Of a stretch of DNA of 64,000 nt, positions 20,480 through 30,575 are shown in pieces (position 1 is the stretch's first letter; every line of letters starts with the position of its first letter). Origin of the DNA: an uncultured Gammaproteobacteria bacterium (GTDB lineage: Bacteria; Pseudomonadota; Gammaproteobacteria; CAWCPV01); assembly GCA_963797555.1 (NCBI GenBank), contig CAWCPV010000016.1:32001-96000 (forward strand). Reading direction: 5' to 3'. The notes under the pieces are model-generated. The model saw only the letters and a list, made by a program, of their open reading frames with translations. It was not told the DNA's origin and ran no database searches. Position numbers and translations under genes: made by a program.

Positions 20480-20635
20480 GCTTCGGCGTGGCCGCGCTCT
20501 CGGTCTCCCAGCGCACTTGCACTCGGCCACTGGCCGTCTGCACCGCGGCACACGACGGAACCATTTCTTGCGATCCCCACTTCAGCCTCGACTCCCCCAT
20601 CGGGTGACCCCCGTAATAGAGCATGTCTGACAAGT
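20480..20635 (-). mobile_element. IS1380-like transposase N-terminal remnant
   Basis: HPMGES...VQT.SGRVQVRW....AATP resembles IS1380-family N-termini; truncated. Confidence 0.45.
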
Positions 20636-20947
20636 GGAAATCGTCGACGGGCTTTGTGTGCCCATCCTGCCGGCGCTAACCATGACTACCATCGGTCGGC
20701 GGGGTCTCTCGCCCAACGCTTGTATTTCCTTGGCCAACCGGCCAACGTTGTCTGCTTTCCCCGAGGCGCTTGTGATCGCGTTGGTCGTCGTCGAGAGGCC
20801 CGAAATCGCGAGGTCCGCTCTGAGGGCGGTAAAGCGGGACCGAGGGCGGAGCCTGACCGCCTGGCTGGGCCACCCCGCCGGGGGCTTACCCGGTGTGGCC
20901 TTGACAACCGGTGCGCACCCACCGTCGGTCCCAAATTGCCATGTCCG

Positions 20948-21364
20948 CTATCCGAGATGAATCAGGACCTCCTTTTGACCATGCCTCGGCACCTCTACGG
21001 AACGCGTGTACTGCGTGCCAGCTTGCGGTATCGCCACGGTGTAGCGACCGGGGGGCAGCTCCGCATAGAACCAAGGCCCTCGAGAGGTGGCGTGCAAGAC
21101 GACGATGCCATGGCCATCCTCGATCATTACCGGAACGTCGGCGAGATAATCGCCATCGTGCTCGGCAAACACCAGCTTGAGGTCAAAGTCGCTGGCCGTC
21201 TCTTCGAGCCGCTGGCGGTCTTCGAGACCGACACCCCCACTCAGGTGGCGGAAGCCGGTGACCTCATTGACTGCGGGCGAGCACGCCGCCGTGGCGGACA
21301 GGCTAGGACCGAGCCCTGCCAGGCCCGCGGCCAAAATAGCGACTGCCACGTGTTTCGCATCCAT
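20948..21364 (-). CDS. Exported carboxypeptidase-regulatory-like domain protein (paralog 1)
   Basis: GGAGG RBS, signal peptide, SGG.G.E.R, LKLVFA...G.YLADV.V.I.D, GPW....LPPG.Y motifs. Confidence 0.8.
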   Translation of the reverse strand: MDAKHVAVAILAAGLAGLGPSLSATAACSPAVNEVTGFRHLSGGVGLEDRQRLEETASDFDLKLVFAEHDGDYLADVPVMIEDGHGIVVLHATSRGPWFYAELPPGRYTVAIPQAGTQYTRSVEVPRHGQKEVLIHLG

Positions 21365-21571
21365 GGTGTATCCCTCCATCCAGGTATAGGCGGGCAAGCC
21401 CACCTACCCACCCACCCCGGCCGCGCATCGGCCGGGGAACTTCCCACCTCGGTGGTCAGCACGTGCACCAGCGCTGTGCTTTCAACTACAAAGAACTGCT
21501 GACTGGACCGATGGGTCCCTCGTGGAAGTTGGCGCCTCGCTAACGGCATTTGGCGCCTCAAAAGAGGGTCG

Positions 21572-22207
21572 TTAACACGAGCGACCACGGCTATCCCACG
21601 TGCCGTCGTCGCACCGATACTGGTATCCGTTCTGGCAGGAGATGCTGCCGTCCGAATAAGCCGTTGACGAATAGGGGCAGCTTCGAAGCATGCCTATCGG
21701 TTTCTCGACGACGATTTCTCTGGTCATCGTCGGCGTTTCCACAACGGTCTCTTTGGAGACCAGCGGCCTTTCCACGAAGACCTCCTGTTGATGAATCAGA
21801 ACCTCCTTTTGGCCATGCCTCGGCACCTCTACCGAACGCGCATACCGCTGGCCACCTTGCGGTGCTATTACCGTGTAATGACCCGGGGGCAGCTCCGCAT
21901 AGAACCAAGGCCCTTGTGAGGTGGCCCGCAAGATGGCGTTGCCATGGCTGTCCTCGATCACGACCGGAAGGTCGGCGAGGTACTCGCCATGAGGCTCGGC
22001 AAACACCAGCTTGAGGTCAAAGTCGCTGGCCATCTCTTCGAGCCGCTGGCGGTCTTCGAGACCGATTCCCCCGCTCAGGTAGCGGATGCCGGTGCTCTCA
22101 TCGGCCACCGTGACCATCGGAGACCCCGCCGCAGTTGCGGGCACCGCAGAGCCAAGCCCGGTCAAGCCGACAGCCAAAGTTGCTATTGCCAAGTCTCTGA
22201 ATTGCAT
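21572..22207 (-). CDS. Exported carboxypeptidase-regulatory-like domain protein (paralog 2) with a C-terminal Cys-rich DUF1496-like domain
   Basis: GAGGAGG RBS; close paralog of 20948-21364 plus the tail CPYSSTAYSDGSISCQNGYQYRCDDGTW. Confidence 0.8.
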   Translation of the reverse strand: MQFRDLAIATLAVGLTGLGSAVPATAAGSPMVTVADESTGIRYLSGGIGLEDRQRLEEMASDFDLKLVFAEPHGEYLADLPVVIEDSHGNAILRATSQGPWFYAELPPGHYTVIAPQGGQRYARSVEVPRHGQKEVLIHQQEVFVERPLVSKETVVETPTMTREIVVEKPIGMLRSCPYSSTAYSDGSISCQNGYQYRCDDGTWDSRGRSC

Positions 22208-22368
22208 GATCGTCCTCCTCCGTAGATTTCCCGCCCGACGCACGGGCGGGGAAGGTCCGGTGTTGCTCGGCGAACACCCCGACACGGGGGTGTCGGGGAA
22301 CCTCCCGCGCCGTTGGTCAGGGCGTGCACCACCGACGCGCTGGGAGGGTCCACAGGGCGGGTGACGCA

Positions 22369-22611
22369 TCAGTAGCGGTGGTAGTACCGGTGGTTGTTCG
22401 GGCTCGTGATTGCCCCGACAGCGGCCCCCGCGGCCCCACCAACGATTGCTCCGGCCGTCGGGCTTCCGCCCGTGACACCGCCGAGCAACGCGCCACCCGC
22501 CGCACCAATGGCACCGCCACTCAGGGCCCGCTGTTGCTGCGTCGTCATGTTCGAGCACGCGGCCATGGACGACAGCGCCAAGACGATGATGAGAGACAAT
22601 GCGCGTTTCAT
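22369..22611 (-). CDS. Glycine-zipper lipoprotein (OsmB-like)
   Basis: Lipobox MAAC, GAIGAAGGALLGG zipper, GGAGG RBS. Confidence 0.85.
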   Translation of the reverse strand: MKRALSLIIVLALSSMAACSNMTTQQQRALSGGAIGAAGGALLGGVTGGSPTAGAIVGGAAGAAVGAITSPNNHRYYHRY

Positions 22612-22664
22612 CGGGACATCCCTCCTTCAATTGGCCACTTGTTTGTGCGTGACCCTTTGCGAAC

Positions 22665-22997
22665 TCACGGCTGACACGTCAGGTCCTGGAAATCCCAGGT
22701 CCCGTCGTCACACCGGTACTGGTAGCCGTTCTGGCAGGCGATACTGCCGTGGGAATAAGCCGTCGACAAATAGCTGCAGCTTCGCAGCGCGGGCACCGTC
22801 TTTTCCACGACGATTTCCCGGTTCAGGCTCGGCTGTTCAACGATCGTTTCCTTGGTCACCGTCGGCGGTACCACCACAGTTGCGGTGGACGGCACCGGCT
22901 TTTCCACCACGGTTTCCTTGGTTTCCTTCACAGTCTCGCTGCCGCAGCCGGCAACGGACAATGCAAATACCGGAACGAGTAAGGTGGCTAGCTTCAT
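22665..22997 (-). CDS. Lipoprotein with Val/Glu/Thr/Lys-rich linker and DUF1496-like Cys-rich C-terminal domain
   Basis: Lipobox VAGC; GGAGG RBS; CSYLSTAYSHGSIACQNGYQYRCDDGTW. Confidence 0.8.
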   Translation of the reverse strand: MKLATLLVPVFALSVAGCGSETVKETKETVVEKPVPSTATVVVPPTVTKETIVEQPSLNREIVVEKTVPALRSCSYLSTAYSHGSIACQNGYQYRCDDGTWDFQDLTCQP

Positions 22998-23212
22998 GTC
23001 CTGTTCCTCCGAATCACTGCCGACAGCAAAACGTCGAACAGTCCTCCTGATTAGAGACTGGGGTTTGCCTCGCCGATCTCCGGCGAGGCGTCGTCTAGAC
23101 TCGACCCGAGGCCGCATTCTCTCGCGCCGCAACGCCTCCAGCCCACTTCCCCGCTCAGCGTGTGCGACGCGCTGTTGCGAGGACTGCGGCCGTGGGGCCA
23201 CGGTTAAGTATC

Positions 23213-23228
23213 AGCAACGCCCGTGCCA
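23213..23228 (-). promoter_or_regulatory. Sigma54 (-24/-12) promoter upstream of the lipoprotein cluster
   Basis: Minus strand TGGCAC-GGGCG-TTGCT is a perfect match to the consensus. Confidence 0.7.
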
Positions 23229-23685
23229 TGCCAGGTTTCTTTCGTGTGAACAAAGGCTTGCCGAGTTATCTCGAACGGTGAGGGGGGTGGCCGAACTCTG
23301 GCGGGCCGCCAAGCTGTCGTTGAGGTCCGACACTTTACGAGGCAGAACCGCAAGGGGTTGACTAGATGAGGAAATGTCGTCGTTCGAGGGCGACAGCCGG
23401 CGCATGGTTAGGGTAGCGGATTGCCACTGCAGTGGAGCCCGACAACCCACGGCTCTTGCGCCCGCCGGCCCCGCCCTGGCGTTTGAGGCTGAACACCCGG
23501 TCTCTAGAACGTGAGGCGTCCGATCATGTATATCGAATCGGCGGTAGCGGCGACGCACACCGGAGCCCGCGGCAAGCGGCGCCAAACGACCAACCGACGG
23601 TCTCGACGGACCTTGGTCCTTCGAGCGGCGGGCCAACGTCGAGTATGGCCCGGTCGATCGCCGTCCGGCAGCCGCCGCTGCGGCG

Positions 23686-24099
23686 TCACCCGCAGTCCTT
23701 CCGCACCCGCTCGATCTCGATCGCGCAGTACCGCAGCCGCTCATCGATGCTGTGCGCTAGGCCGTCAACTCCGTCTGACAGGCCCGGGGATCTCAGTGCG
23801 ACCGTCGTGCTGTGCTCCAGACGGCTCGGCGATGTCAGCTCCACGAGACTGCCATGGATCCAGCCTTCCTTGTCGCTGCCGAGGGCTCGGACACCCAGCC
23901 AGTTGCCCTCCCGCTCCAACTCGATCAGTGTGTCGCCTCGCCTGAGCTGGGTCTGTACGACCGTCCTTTCGGAGGGGCCTGCGCGGAGATTTGCGCGCGG
24001 AGCGGTCACCCGGTGAATGTCGCCGGGAGCCGCCAACCCCACCGAACCGATGCCTACGATGAGAACAAGGGCACCTAGGCCTTTCACTAACTTTTGCAT
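23686..24099 (-). CDS. Exported bacterial SH3 domain protein
   Basis: Signal peptide; NLRAGPS...L..G....L...G.W..V......GWI pattern. Confidence 0.8.
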   Translation of the reverse strand: MQKLVKGLGALVLIVGIGSVGLAAPGDIHRVTAPRANLRAGPSERTVVQTQLRRGDTLIELEREGNWLGVRALGSDKEGWIHGSLVELTSPSRLEHSTTVALRSPGLSDGVDGLAHSIDERLRYCAIEIERVRKDCG

Positions 24100-24329
24100 A
24101 ACTCTACCCTCCGCGTGATGTGGGTCCTGACTATCCGACAGTCTCGACCGATTTCGAAGTCAGCCCCTCTCTGGGGTGGCTACGAGGGGATCGGCCGAAC
24201 ACATCGGAACCTTTCACGGCCGCGACCGGAGATCGCCAGCCGGGTCTGTGCGGCACTTGCCCCGGGTCCCACCGACCACGGCGGGCCGGGCTGGCCCTGG
24301 TCTGGTGTCAAGAACGGTCCAAAAACGTT

Positions 24330-24735
24330 CACGATGGCTTCCTCCTTCCTCCAGTCGAGGGCAGTATCGCCCTGCGGCCTCGAAAGGCTTCGGGCAACGC
24401 CTGTGCCAAGGGCGGCGCGCTGACCAATGCGAACATATTGGATTGTCCTGCGCTCGAAGTTGCCGTCGAGCCGCAGCTCAATACCAGCGCGCCCCACAGG
24501 CCCGGCAACGCCGGTGGTCCCGTTGCAGGACCACGTGGTGGTAGACCCGACCTTCCCGGTACTCGGTGCCAAGGTGCCGGTAGCCACGAAGCCCCAGAGT
24601 GTGGTACAGAAAACTCGTCGTCGCCATGGTTGCCTCCTCCGTCCAGACTCCAACCCAGACAGAGGATCCGCCCCTTGGCGACGACTCCGCAACCTCAACC
24701 CACTCCCCATGAGCCATCCTTTTGCCGGATGAACC
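24330..24735 (-). mobile_element. ISL3-family transposase 5' remnant with left end
   Basis: M.TSFLYH.LGL.GY...C.ACG zinc-finger N-terminus from ATG 24627, then a stop and decay; GGTTCATCCGG terminus at 24735. Confidence 0.65.
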
Positions 24736-24808
24736 ATTTTTCCCTGCGCATCCTCGTCCGGAGATCTTCGGCCGTGTTACGCTAGCTGCGAGGAGGACGG
24801 AGCAGGCG

Positions 24809-27100
24809 ATGCACACGAAGCTGATGACCAGGGCGGTATTATGGCTCGGGGCGTTTCTGGCGGTTCCGGCGTGGGCCGTCGAGACCGCCCTCGACCTCTA
24901 CGTGGCCAAGCCCGATTCGGCCTATAGCTACCAGCACTATGCCACTGACGACGCCCTCGTCTACACGACCTACTTCCTCGAGATGGTGTCCCAGCAGTGG
25001 CGCACGGCCGCCGAAGTGGACCGCCCGGTGTGGGAGCATGAGCTGGCCATCACGGTACCTGCCGTGCTGACCTCGCCCAGCAGGCGCACCGCACTGCTGC
25101 TGGTCGACGGCGGCTCGAACGGGCATCAGCCGCCCACCCGGACCGACAACCTGATCAGCGCTCTGGCCCTGGCGACTGGCTCGGTGGTTGCGACGGTCGG
25201 TCAAGTGCCCAATGAGCCACTGTACTTCGCCGACGAAGGGGGCCGTGCGCGCAACGAAGATGCGATTCTCGCTTACAGCCTGGACAAGTACCTGGACACC
25301 GGCGACCCGGAGTGGGCGGTCCACCTGCCCATGACCAAGGCGGTAGTGCGGGCCATGGACACCATTCAGCAGTTTCTCGCGACCGAGTCCGTTCCGGTGG
25401 ACGACTTCATCGTGGTAGGCGGCTCCAAGCGCGGCTGGGCCACGTGGCTGACGGCGGCTGTCGACCACCGGGTCAAGGCCATCGTTCCGATCTCCATCGA
25501 CCTGCTGAACCTGGGCGAGCAGTTCGTCCATCACTGGGAAGCGTACGGCTTCTACACCCCTACTGTCGGAGACTACGTCGAGTTCGACCTCCCCTGCCGG
25601 GTGCAGTCCAAGCGGGGCAGGGACCTGCTGGACATCATCGACCCTTACTCTTACCGCGACCGATACACCATGCCCAAGCTGATCATCAACTCCGCGGGCG
25701 ATCAGTTCTTCACGTCCGATTCCTCTCAGTTCTACTTCAAGGACCTGCCGGGTCCGAAGCTGATGCGCTACACCTTCAACACCGATCATAAACAGGGGGA
25801 AGACACGCAGGACATCGCGAATCTGGTGACCTCGGCGCTTCTCTGGGTCGACGATGTCAATCACGGCCGCAGCGGCCCGCAGTTTTCCTGGACGTTCGAA
25901 GAGGACGGCGCGATCCGCGTCGAGACCGGCAACCCGCGGCCGAACCGCGTGTACCTCTGGCGGGCGACCAATCCCAACGCGCGCGACTTCCGTCTGGAAT
26001 CGCTCGGTCCGGCGTGGGCCCGCAGCAGGCTGTCCGACAGCGGCGACGGGGTTTACATCGGCAACGTATCTTCCCCCGCCCGAGGGTTCACCGCTTACGC
26101 GGTCGAGCTGCAATATGACGATGATCTGATCCCGGGCATACTCGCGCTGACTCAGATCTATACGACCGATGTGCGGGTGACTCCCGACATCCTGCCCTTC
26201 GCCGGAACCTCTTGCCCGGCGATCTCTCCGGGTGTTCTGGAGAATCCCGCGGCCAGCTCGTTCCAGAGCGGCATCGCCGTCATTCGCGGCTGGGTCTGCG
26301 GCGCCAGGGCAGTGGATGTGCAGATCGACGGCGCGAGCTTCTACGAGACCGCTTACGGCACTGTGCGGGAAGATACCGCAGGGGTCTGCGGCGGCACCGA
26401 TAACGGTTTCGGACTGCTTTTCAACATGAACCGGTTGGGCGACGGGACGCACTCGCTGCGGGCACTCGCTGACGGCCGGGAGATCGGCGCGGCGACGTTT
26501 AGCGTCAAGACCTTCGGCGTCGAGTTCCTGCGCGGAGCGAGCGGCACCTACGTGCTACCCGGCTTCCCCAGCACGGGCCGCAACGTCTCGGTGACCTGGC
26601 AGGAGAGTCTGCAGAACTTCTCTATCACAGCGGCCGATGGAGGTCCAAGCGTCGCGTCGATGCCGCCTCCTCGAGGACCGGCCCCGGGCGTCAAGGGTAA
26701 TCTGGAGAACCCGCAGCCCTATTCGGGGCAGAGCGGGATCGCGGTCATCTCCGGCTGGGTCTGCGAGGCCGACTACGTGGACATCGAGATCGACGGCGCC
26801 GTCCGGGTGCGGGCCGGCTATGGCACGTCGCGGCCGGACACCGTGGGGGTCTGCGGCGACGACAATAATGGCTTCGGCCTGCTGTACAACACGAATCGGC
26901 TGGGCGACGGCGTGCATACCATCCGCGCGCTGGTAAACGGTGTCCAGGAGATCGGTGTGGCGAGCTTCAGCGTCACCACGCTCGGCGAGGAGTACCTGAG
27001 GGGAGCGAGCGGCAGCTACTCGATCAGCGACTTTCCGTTCCCGGGCCAGGACGTGATCCTGCAGTGGCAGGAGAGCCAGCAGAACTTTGCGATCCGTTGA
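24809..27100 (+). CDS. PqaA (PhoPQ-activated)-family alpha/beta hydrolase with two tandem C-terminal ~130-aa repeats
   Basis: QVPN.P..F, PMTKA..RAMD, GGSKRGW, IIDPYSY, GDQFF motifs; signal peptide; AGGAGG upstream. Confidence 0.88.
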   Translation: MHTKLMTRAVLWLGAFLAVPAWAVETALDLYVAKPDSAYSYQHYATDDALVYTTYFLEMVSQQWRTAAEVDRPVWEHELAITVPAVLTSPSRRTALLLVDGGSNGHQPPTRTDNLISALALATGSVVATVGQVPNEPLYFADEGGRARNEDAILAYSLDKYLDTGDPEWAVHLPMTKAVVRAMDTIQQFLATESVPVDDFIVVGGSKRGWATWLTAAVDHRVKAIVPISIDLLNLGEQFVHHWEAYGFYTPTVGDYVEFDLPCRVQSKRGRDLLDIIDPYSYRDRYTMPKLIINSAGDQFFTSDSSQFYFKDLPGPKLMRYTFNTDHKQGEDTQDIANLVTSALLWVDDVNHGRSGPQFSWTFEEDGAIRVETGNPRPNRVYLWRATNPNARDFRLESLGPAWARSRLSDSGDGVYIGNVSSPARGFTAYAVELQYDDDLIPGILALTQIYTTDVRVTPDILPFAGTSCPAISPGVLENPAASSFQSGIAVIRGWVCGARAVDVQIDGASFYETAYGTVREDTAGVCGGTDNGFGLLFNMNRLGDGTHSLRALADGREIGAATFSVKTFGVEFLRGASGTYVLPGFPSTGRNVSVTWQESLQNFSITAADGGPSVASMPPPRGPAPGVKGNLENPQPYSGQSGIAVISGWVCEADYVDIEIDGAVRVRAGYGTSRPDTVGVCGDDNNGFGLLYNTNRLGDGVHTIRALVNGVQEIGVASFSVTTLGEEYLRGASGSYSISDFPFPGQDVILQWQESQQNFAIR
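26231..27094 (+). repeat. Tandem intragenic domain repeat (26231-26626 and 26696-27094)
   Basis: Both units read G.LENP....QSGIAVI.GWVC.A...YGT.R.DT.GVCG...NGFGLL.N.NRLGDG.H..RAL...LRGASG.Y...FP..G..V...WQES.QNF.I. Confidence 0.9.
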
Positions 27101-27373
27101 GGCGCGCTCTGGCTGCCTGGAGGCAGCCGACGCTGCGCGACAGCGTTCCCGGACGCCGCGCGGCTCGCTGAGGGGCGGTCTGCGCACCCGGCACCCGGCC
27201 CAACGGGGGTCGCCGCGCGCGGACGGCTATGCAAGGTGGCCTCCACGATGGCCGCCACCTTCTGCGGGCTGATCCGCAAGCGTGCGGCAATCTCGGCATT
27301 CGGCATCCCCGTGCGCCGCACGGCACTGTACCAGCAGGCCGATGATACGTAAAGTTAGTTATGAGACACTACA

Positions 27374-27809
27374 CTAGAAGAATTCGCCGGTCTGCCCAGG
27401 GAAGAACTCCAACTCCTCCATTGTCTTCCCCTGGGCGAGCAGAGCCACCAGCCACCCAGGCTTTCGGCCTCGGCCGGCCCACGTCTGCTCGGGGTTGTCT
27501 GGGTTGCGGTACTTCGCCTGGGCCGGCGCGCTGGCGCGGCGGCTCTTCTTTGGTGCCGTGCCCAGAACCTCCTCTACAGTGAAACCGTAGGAAGCCGCAA
27601 GCTCTCGTATCTCCCGCAGCGCGTTCTTCCGGTCCTTGACCCGCCGCCGGTTGAGTTCTTGCTCGAACGTCCCGGGCGAGCTGCCGCAGTTCCTGGGTGG
27701 AGAACCCCGCCAGTTTGATCTCCCCTGCAGTCGGCGGCTCCGCTTCCTTCCTCTTCGGCTCCGCCACTTCCGCTTTCCCCGCCGTTTTCTTCGCTGCCGT
27801 TGCCATCAT
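27374..27809 (-). CDS. H-NS family nucleoid protein, frameshift near 27670
   Basis: After the frameshift it reads ALREIRELAASYGFTVEEVL...KYRNPDNPEQTWAGRGRKPGWL, the H-NS DNA-binding motif. Confidence 0.85.
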
Positions 27810-28227
27810 CCCTCCTCATCCCGTACACAGTGCTCGAGTATTGTTTCTGGCGCCGAGCAAGATACCTCGCTGGCTCTCCAGGAAGGTCCAGGTGTAATCG
27901 GCCACTTTCCACATCCACTAAAGCAGAGCGCCCTGCTGTCTCCTGCCTGGGAGCGCCTGGCAGCAAGGTAGACACCGTGCTCCATCAGCACTACCTTGCC
28001 CTTCGACAACCTCTCGAAATCGCCCATAAGCTCAGTCAACGCAATGCCGCATCCCGCATACCTGTTACACTGAAACCCGTACCCGACGCTATCGCTATTC
28101 CGGTCGGGACGACGACGGGCTACGCGGGGAGTTGCGCGCCGCGGTGGACCACTTCTTCGTCGGCGGGATCGAGACGCTCCGTTACTGACACGCCAGTCGA
28201 GCATTCACTCGGAGGCCGAGCGGACCT

Positions 28228-29925
28228 TTATGCAGGCTTTGCGCTTCCATACTGCTGCTGGTAGGCATCGACCGCCTGTCGCAGGTTGAAAAACATCCTT
28301 TCGCGACCCAAGACGCGGCCGAGCGGAGCGCGTTGGACGATCCGCAGCACCTCCGGATTGAGCGCCGCGAGCCATAGCTCCATGCCCGCCTTGCGCAGCC
28401 GCTCCTCGCCCTCGCTAAGCATCTTGAGTGCCGTGTACTCGATGTCGCTCACGGCGCTGCAGTCGAGCACCACCACCTTCGGTGCGGCCTCGTTCATCAG
28501 CGGTGACATCTTGTCGGCGATGCGCTGGGCGTTGGCGAAGTAGACGCGCCCCTCGGTACGCAGCAGCAGGAGGCCGGGGAAGGTCTCGTCATCGGAGCGC
28601 TTCCTGGACAGGGGCCTGAACGCGTCGGTGCCCCGCTTGCGCCCGAGCGCGTAAACGGGTGGATTATTGGTCTGGTGCGCCAGGGCAAGCAGTGACAGGA
28701 CCACCGCCACGAGGATTCCCTTGAGCGTGCCGAGCAGCACGACGCCCGCGAACGCGACCAGCGCCCAGCGAAACTCGACGCGGCGGACCCGACGGATGTC
28801 GCTAAACTCCACTGGGCTGATGAGGCCGACGGAGTACGCCACAACCACCGCGGCGAGCGCCGCCTGCGGCATCCATCCGATGACCGGTGCCAGGAACAGC
28901 AGCGTCGCCACGGCAGCGGCCGCGGTCACCAGCTCGGCGAGCTGGCTGCGCGCACCCGCCCTGCGGTTGACCGCGGTCTGCGTGGTGCCGCCGCCGGCGG
29001 GCATGGCGCCGAAGAGGCCGCCGACGATGTTGCTCGCCCCGAGCGCCACCAGTTCCTGATTCGGCGCTGGCCGCGGCTCGCCCGCCTGACCGAAGGCGCG
29101 CCCGGCGGCGATGGTCTCGGTGAAGCTCATCAGGGCGATGCCCAGCGCGGCCGGCCATAGCTGTGCGACCAAGGACAGGTCGGGGGCGGTGAAGCCCGGG
29201 AGGCCCCGCGGGATGTGGCCCACGGTCTGCACGCCGAGCTGTGCGAGCCCCAGCAGAGCCGAGGCGGCGATGGCGGCGCCGACGGCCAGGAGCGGGGCGG
29301 GTAGCCGTGGCGCGAAGCGCTCCACGGCGACGATCGACGCCAGGGTGGCGAGTGCGACCGCGAGCGTCGGCAGCGAGGTCTGGGGCAGGTGCTGGACGAT
29401 GGAGGCGAGGTTGTGGAAGAACGGTCCCTTGTCAAAGTGAACGCCCAGGACCTTGGGGATCTGGTCGACGACGATCACGAGGCCGATGCCGGCCTTGAAC
29501 CCGGTCAACACCGGCTCTGAGATGAAGTTGGCGACGAAGCCGAGCCGCAACAGCGCAGCGAGCACAAGGACAGTCCCGACCATCACGGCGAGCGTGGCGG
29601 CGGCGATCATCAGCTCGGCCGCCTGGCCGCCCGGCGCAATCTCGCCCAGCGCGGCGGCCGTGAGGATGGCGATGGTCGTCGTCGTGCTGACGCTGAGCGG
29701 CCGCGAGCTGCCCAACAGGGCATAGATGACCATCGGGACGAAGGCCGTGTAGAGGCCGACCTCCACCGGCAGACCCGCGATCGTGGCGTAGGCCATCGCC
29801 TTGGGGATGACCACTGCGGCCGTGGTGAGCCCGGCAATAAGGTCGGGTCGCAGCCAATCTCGTGGATACTCCGCGAACCGACCGAGGATGGTCCCTCTGC
29901 TGCCAGGGGTTGTGATGCTCTCCAT
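28228..29925 (-). CDS. SulP family anion transporter with STAS domain
   Basis: DLIAGLT.A.V.IP.AMAYA.IAGLP...GLY, NQEL.ALG..N, C-terminal STAS. Confidence 0.93.
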   Translation of the reverse strand: MESITTPGSRGTILGRFAEYPRDWLRPDLIAGLTTAAVVIPKAMAYATIAGLPVEVGLYTAFVPMVIYALLGSSRPLSVSTTTTIAILTAAALGEIAPGGQAAELMIAAATLAVMVGTVLVLAALLRLGFVANFISEPVLTGFKAGIGLVIVVDQIPKVLGVHFDKGPFFHNLASIVQHLPQTSLPTLAVALATLASIVAVERFAPRLPAPLLAVGAAIAASALLGLAQLGVQTVGHIPRGLPGFTAPDLSLVAQLWPAALGIALMSFTETIAAGRAFGQAGEPRPAPNQELVALGASNIVGGLFGAMPAGGGTTQTAVNRRAGARSQLAELVTAAAAVATLLFLAPVIGWMPQAALAAVVVAYSVGLISPVEFSDIRRVRRVEFRWALVAFAGVVLLGTLKGILVAVVLSLLALAHQTNNPPVYALGRKRGTDAFRPLSRKRSDDETFPGLLLLRTEGRVYFANAQRIADKMSPLMNEAAPKVVVLDCSAVSDIEYTALKMLSEGEERLRKAGMELWLAALNPEVLRIVQRAPLGRVLGRERMFFNLRQAVDAYQQQYGSAKPA

Positions 29926-29977
29926 CGCTTGCTCCGCTCGGTTAGACGTGCCTCGGTTGCTGGACCCACACGCTGCG

Positions 29978-30260
29978 CTATGCCAGCGTGAGACTCACGT
30001 GCACCGCGCCGTCGGCGCGGGACTGCGTCATCGGCAGGCCGCTGCGGGCGAATACCCGCAGCATCGCGGTATTCTGCGGCAGGCCTTCGGCGGCGAGTTC
30101 GGCTATGTTGCGCTCGCGGCCGATGCGGACGAGGTGCTCGAGGAGGCGGTCGGCGATGCCGACGCCCTGGTAGTCCTCCTCGACGGTGAAGGCCACCTCC
30201 GCCCGTCGCCCGGCGATGTCGCTACGATGCAGCGCCCCGCCAGCGACCATCGCGTCTCCG
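29978..30260 (-). pseudogene. GNAT acetyltransferase C-terminal fragment
   Basis: AEVAF.V..DYQG.GI...LL.HL...N.AML.VF motif; no credible N-terminus. Confidence 0.7.
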
Positions 30261-30575
30261 TCCTGCGTGGCGCCGTGTACGTGCACTGCCTGGCGAGGGG
30301 GTTTAGCCGCAGGGCGCACCCGCTCGGGTCCCGCGCGAAGAGTGCAGCATGGGGCGCTCACGGCGGGTAGAAGAGCATACCCTATACCACCCTTGCGTCG
30401 ACACGCCGCGGCCGAAACGGAGCGGCCCAGCGCCACCCGCGCCACCTCACGCCTACGAAATATCGGGTGAGGCACCGAAATGCCGGGGGTTCCGGTTAAA
30501 CGAGCCGCGCAGGAGTCGGACCGCAGGCGGTGATGCTGGCCGCGGCGGTGCGCGAGGGGAAGTAACGCTCAACCT

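Noticed and set aside
27220-27325. LuxR-like HTH fragment (NAEIAARLRISPQKV)
   Set aside because: No start codon or RBS and too short; at most debris.
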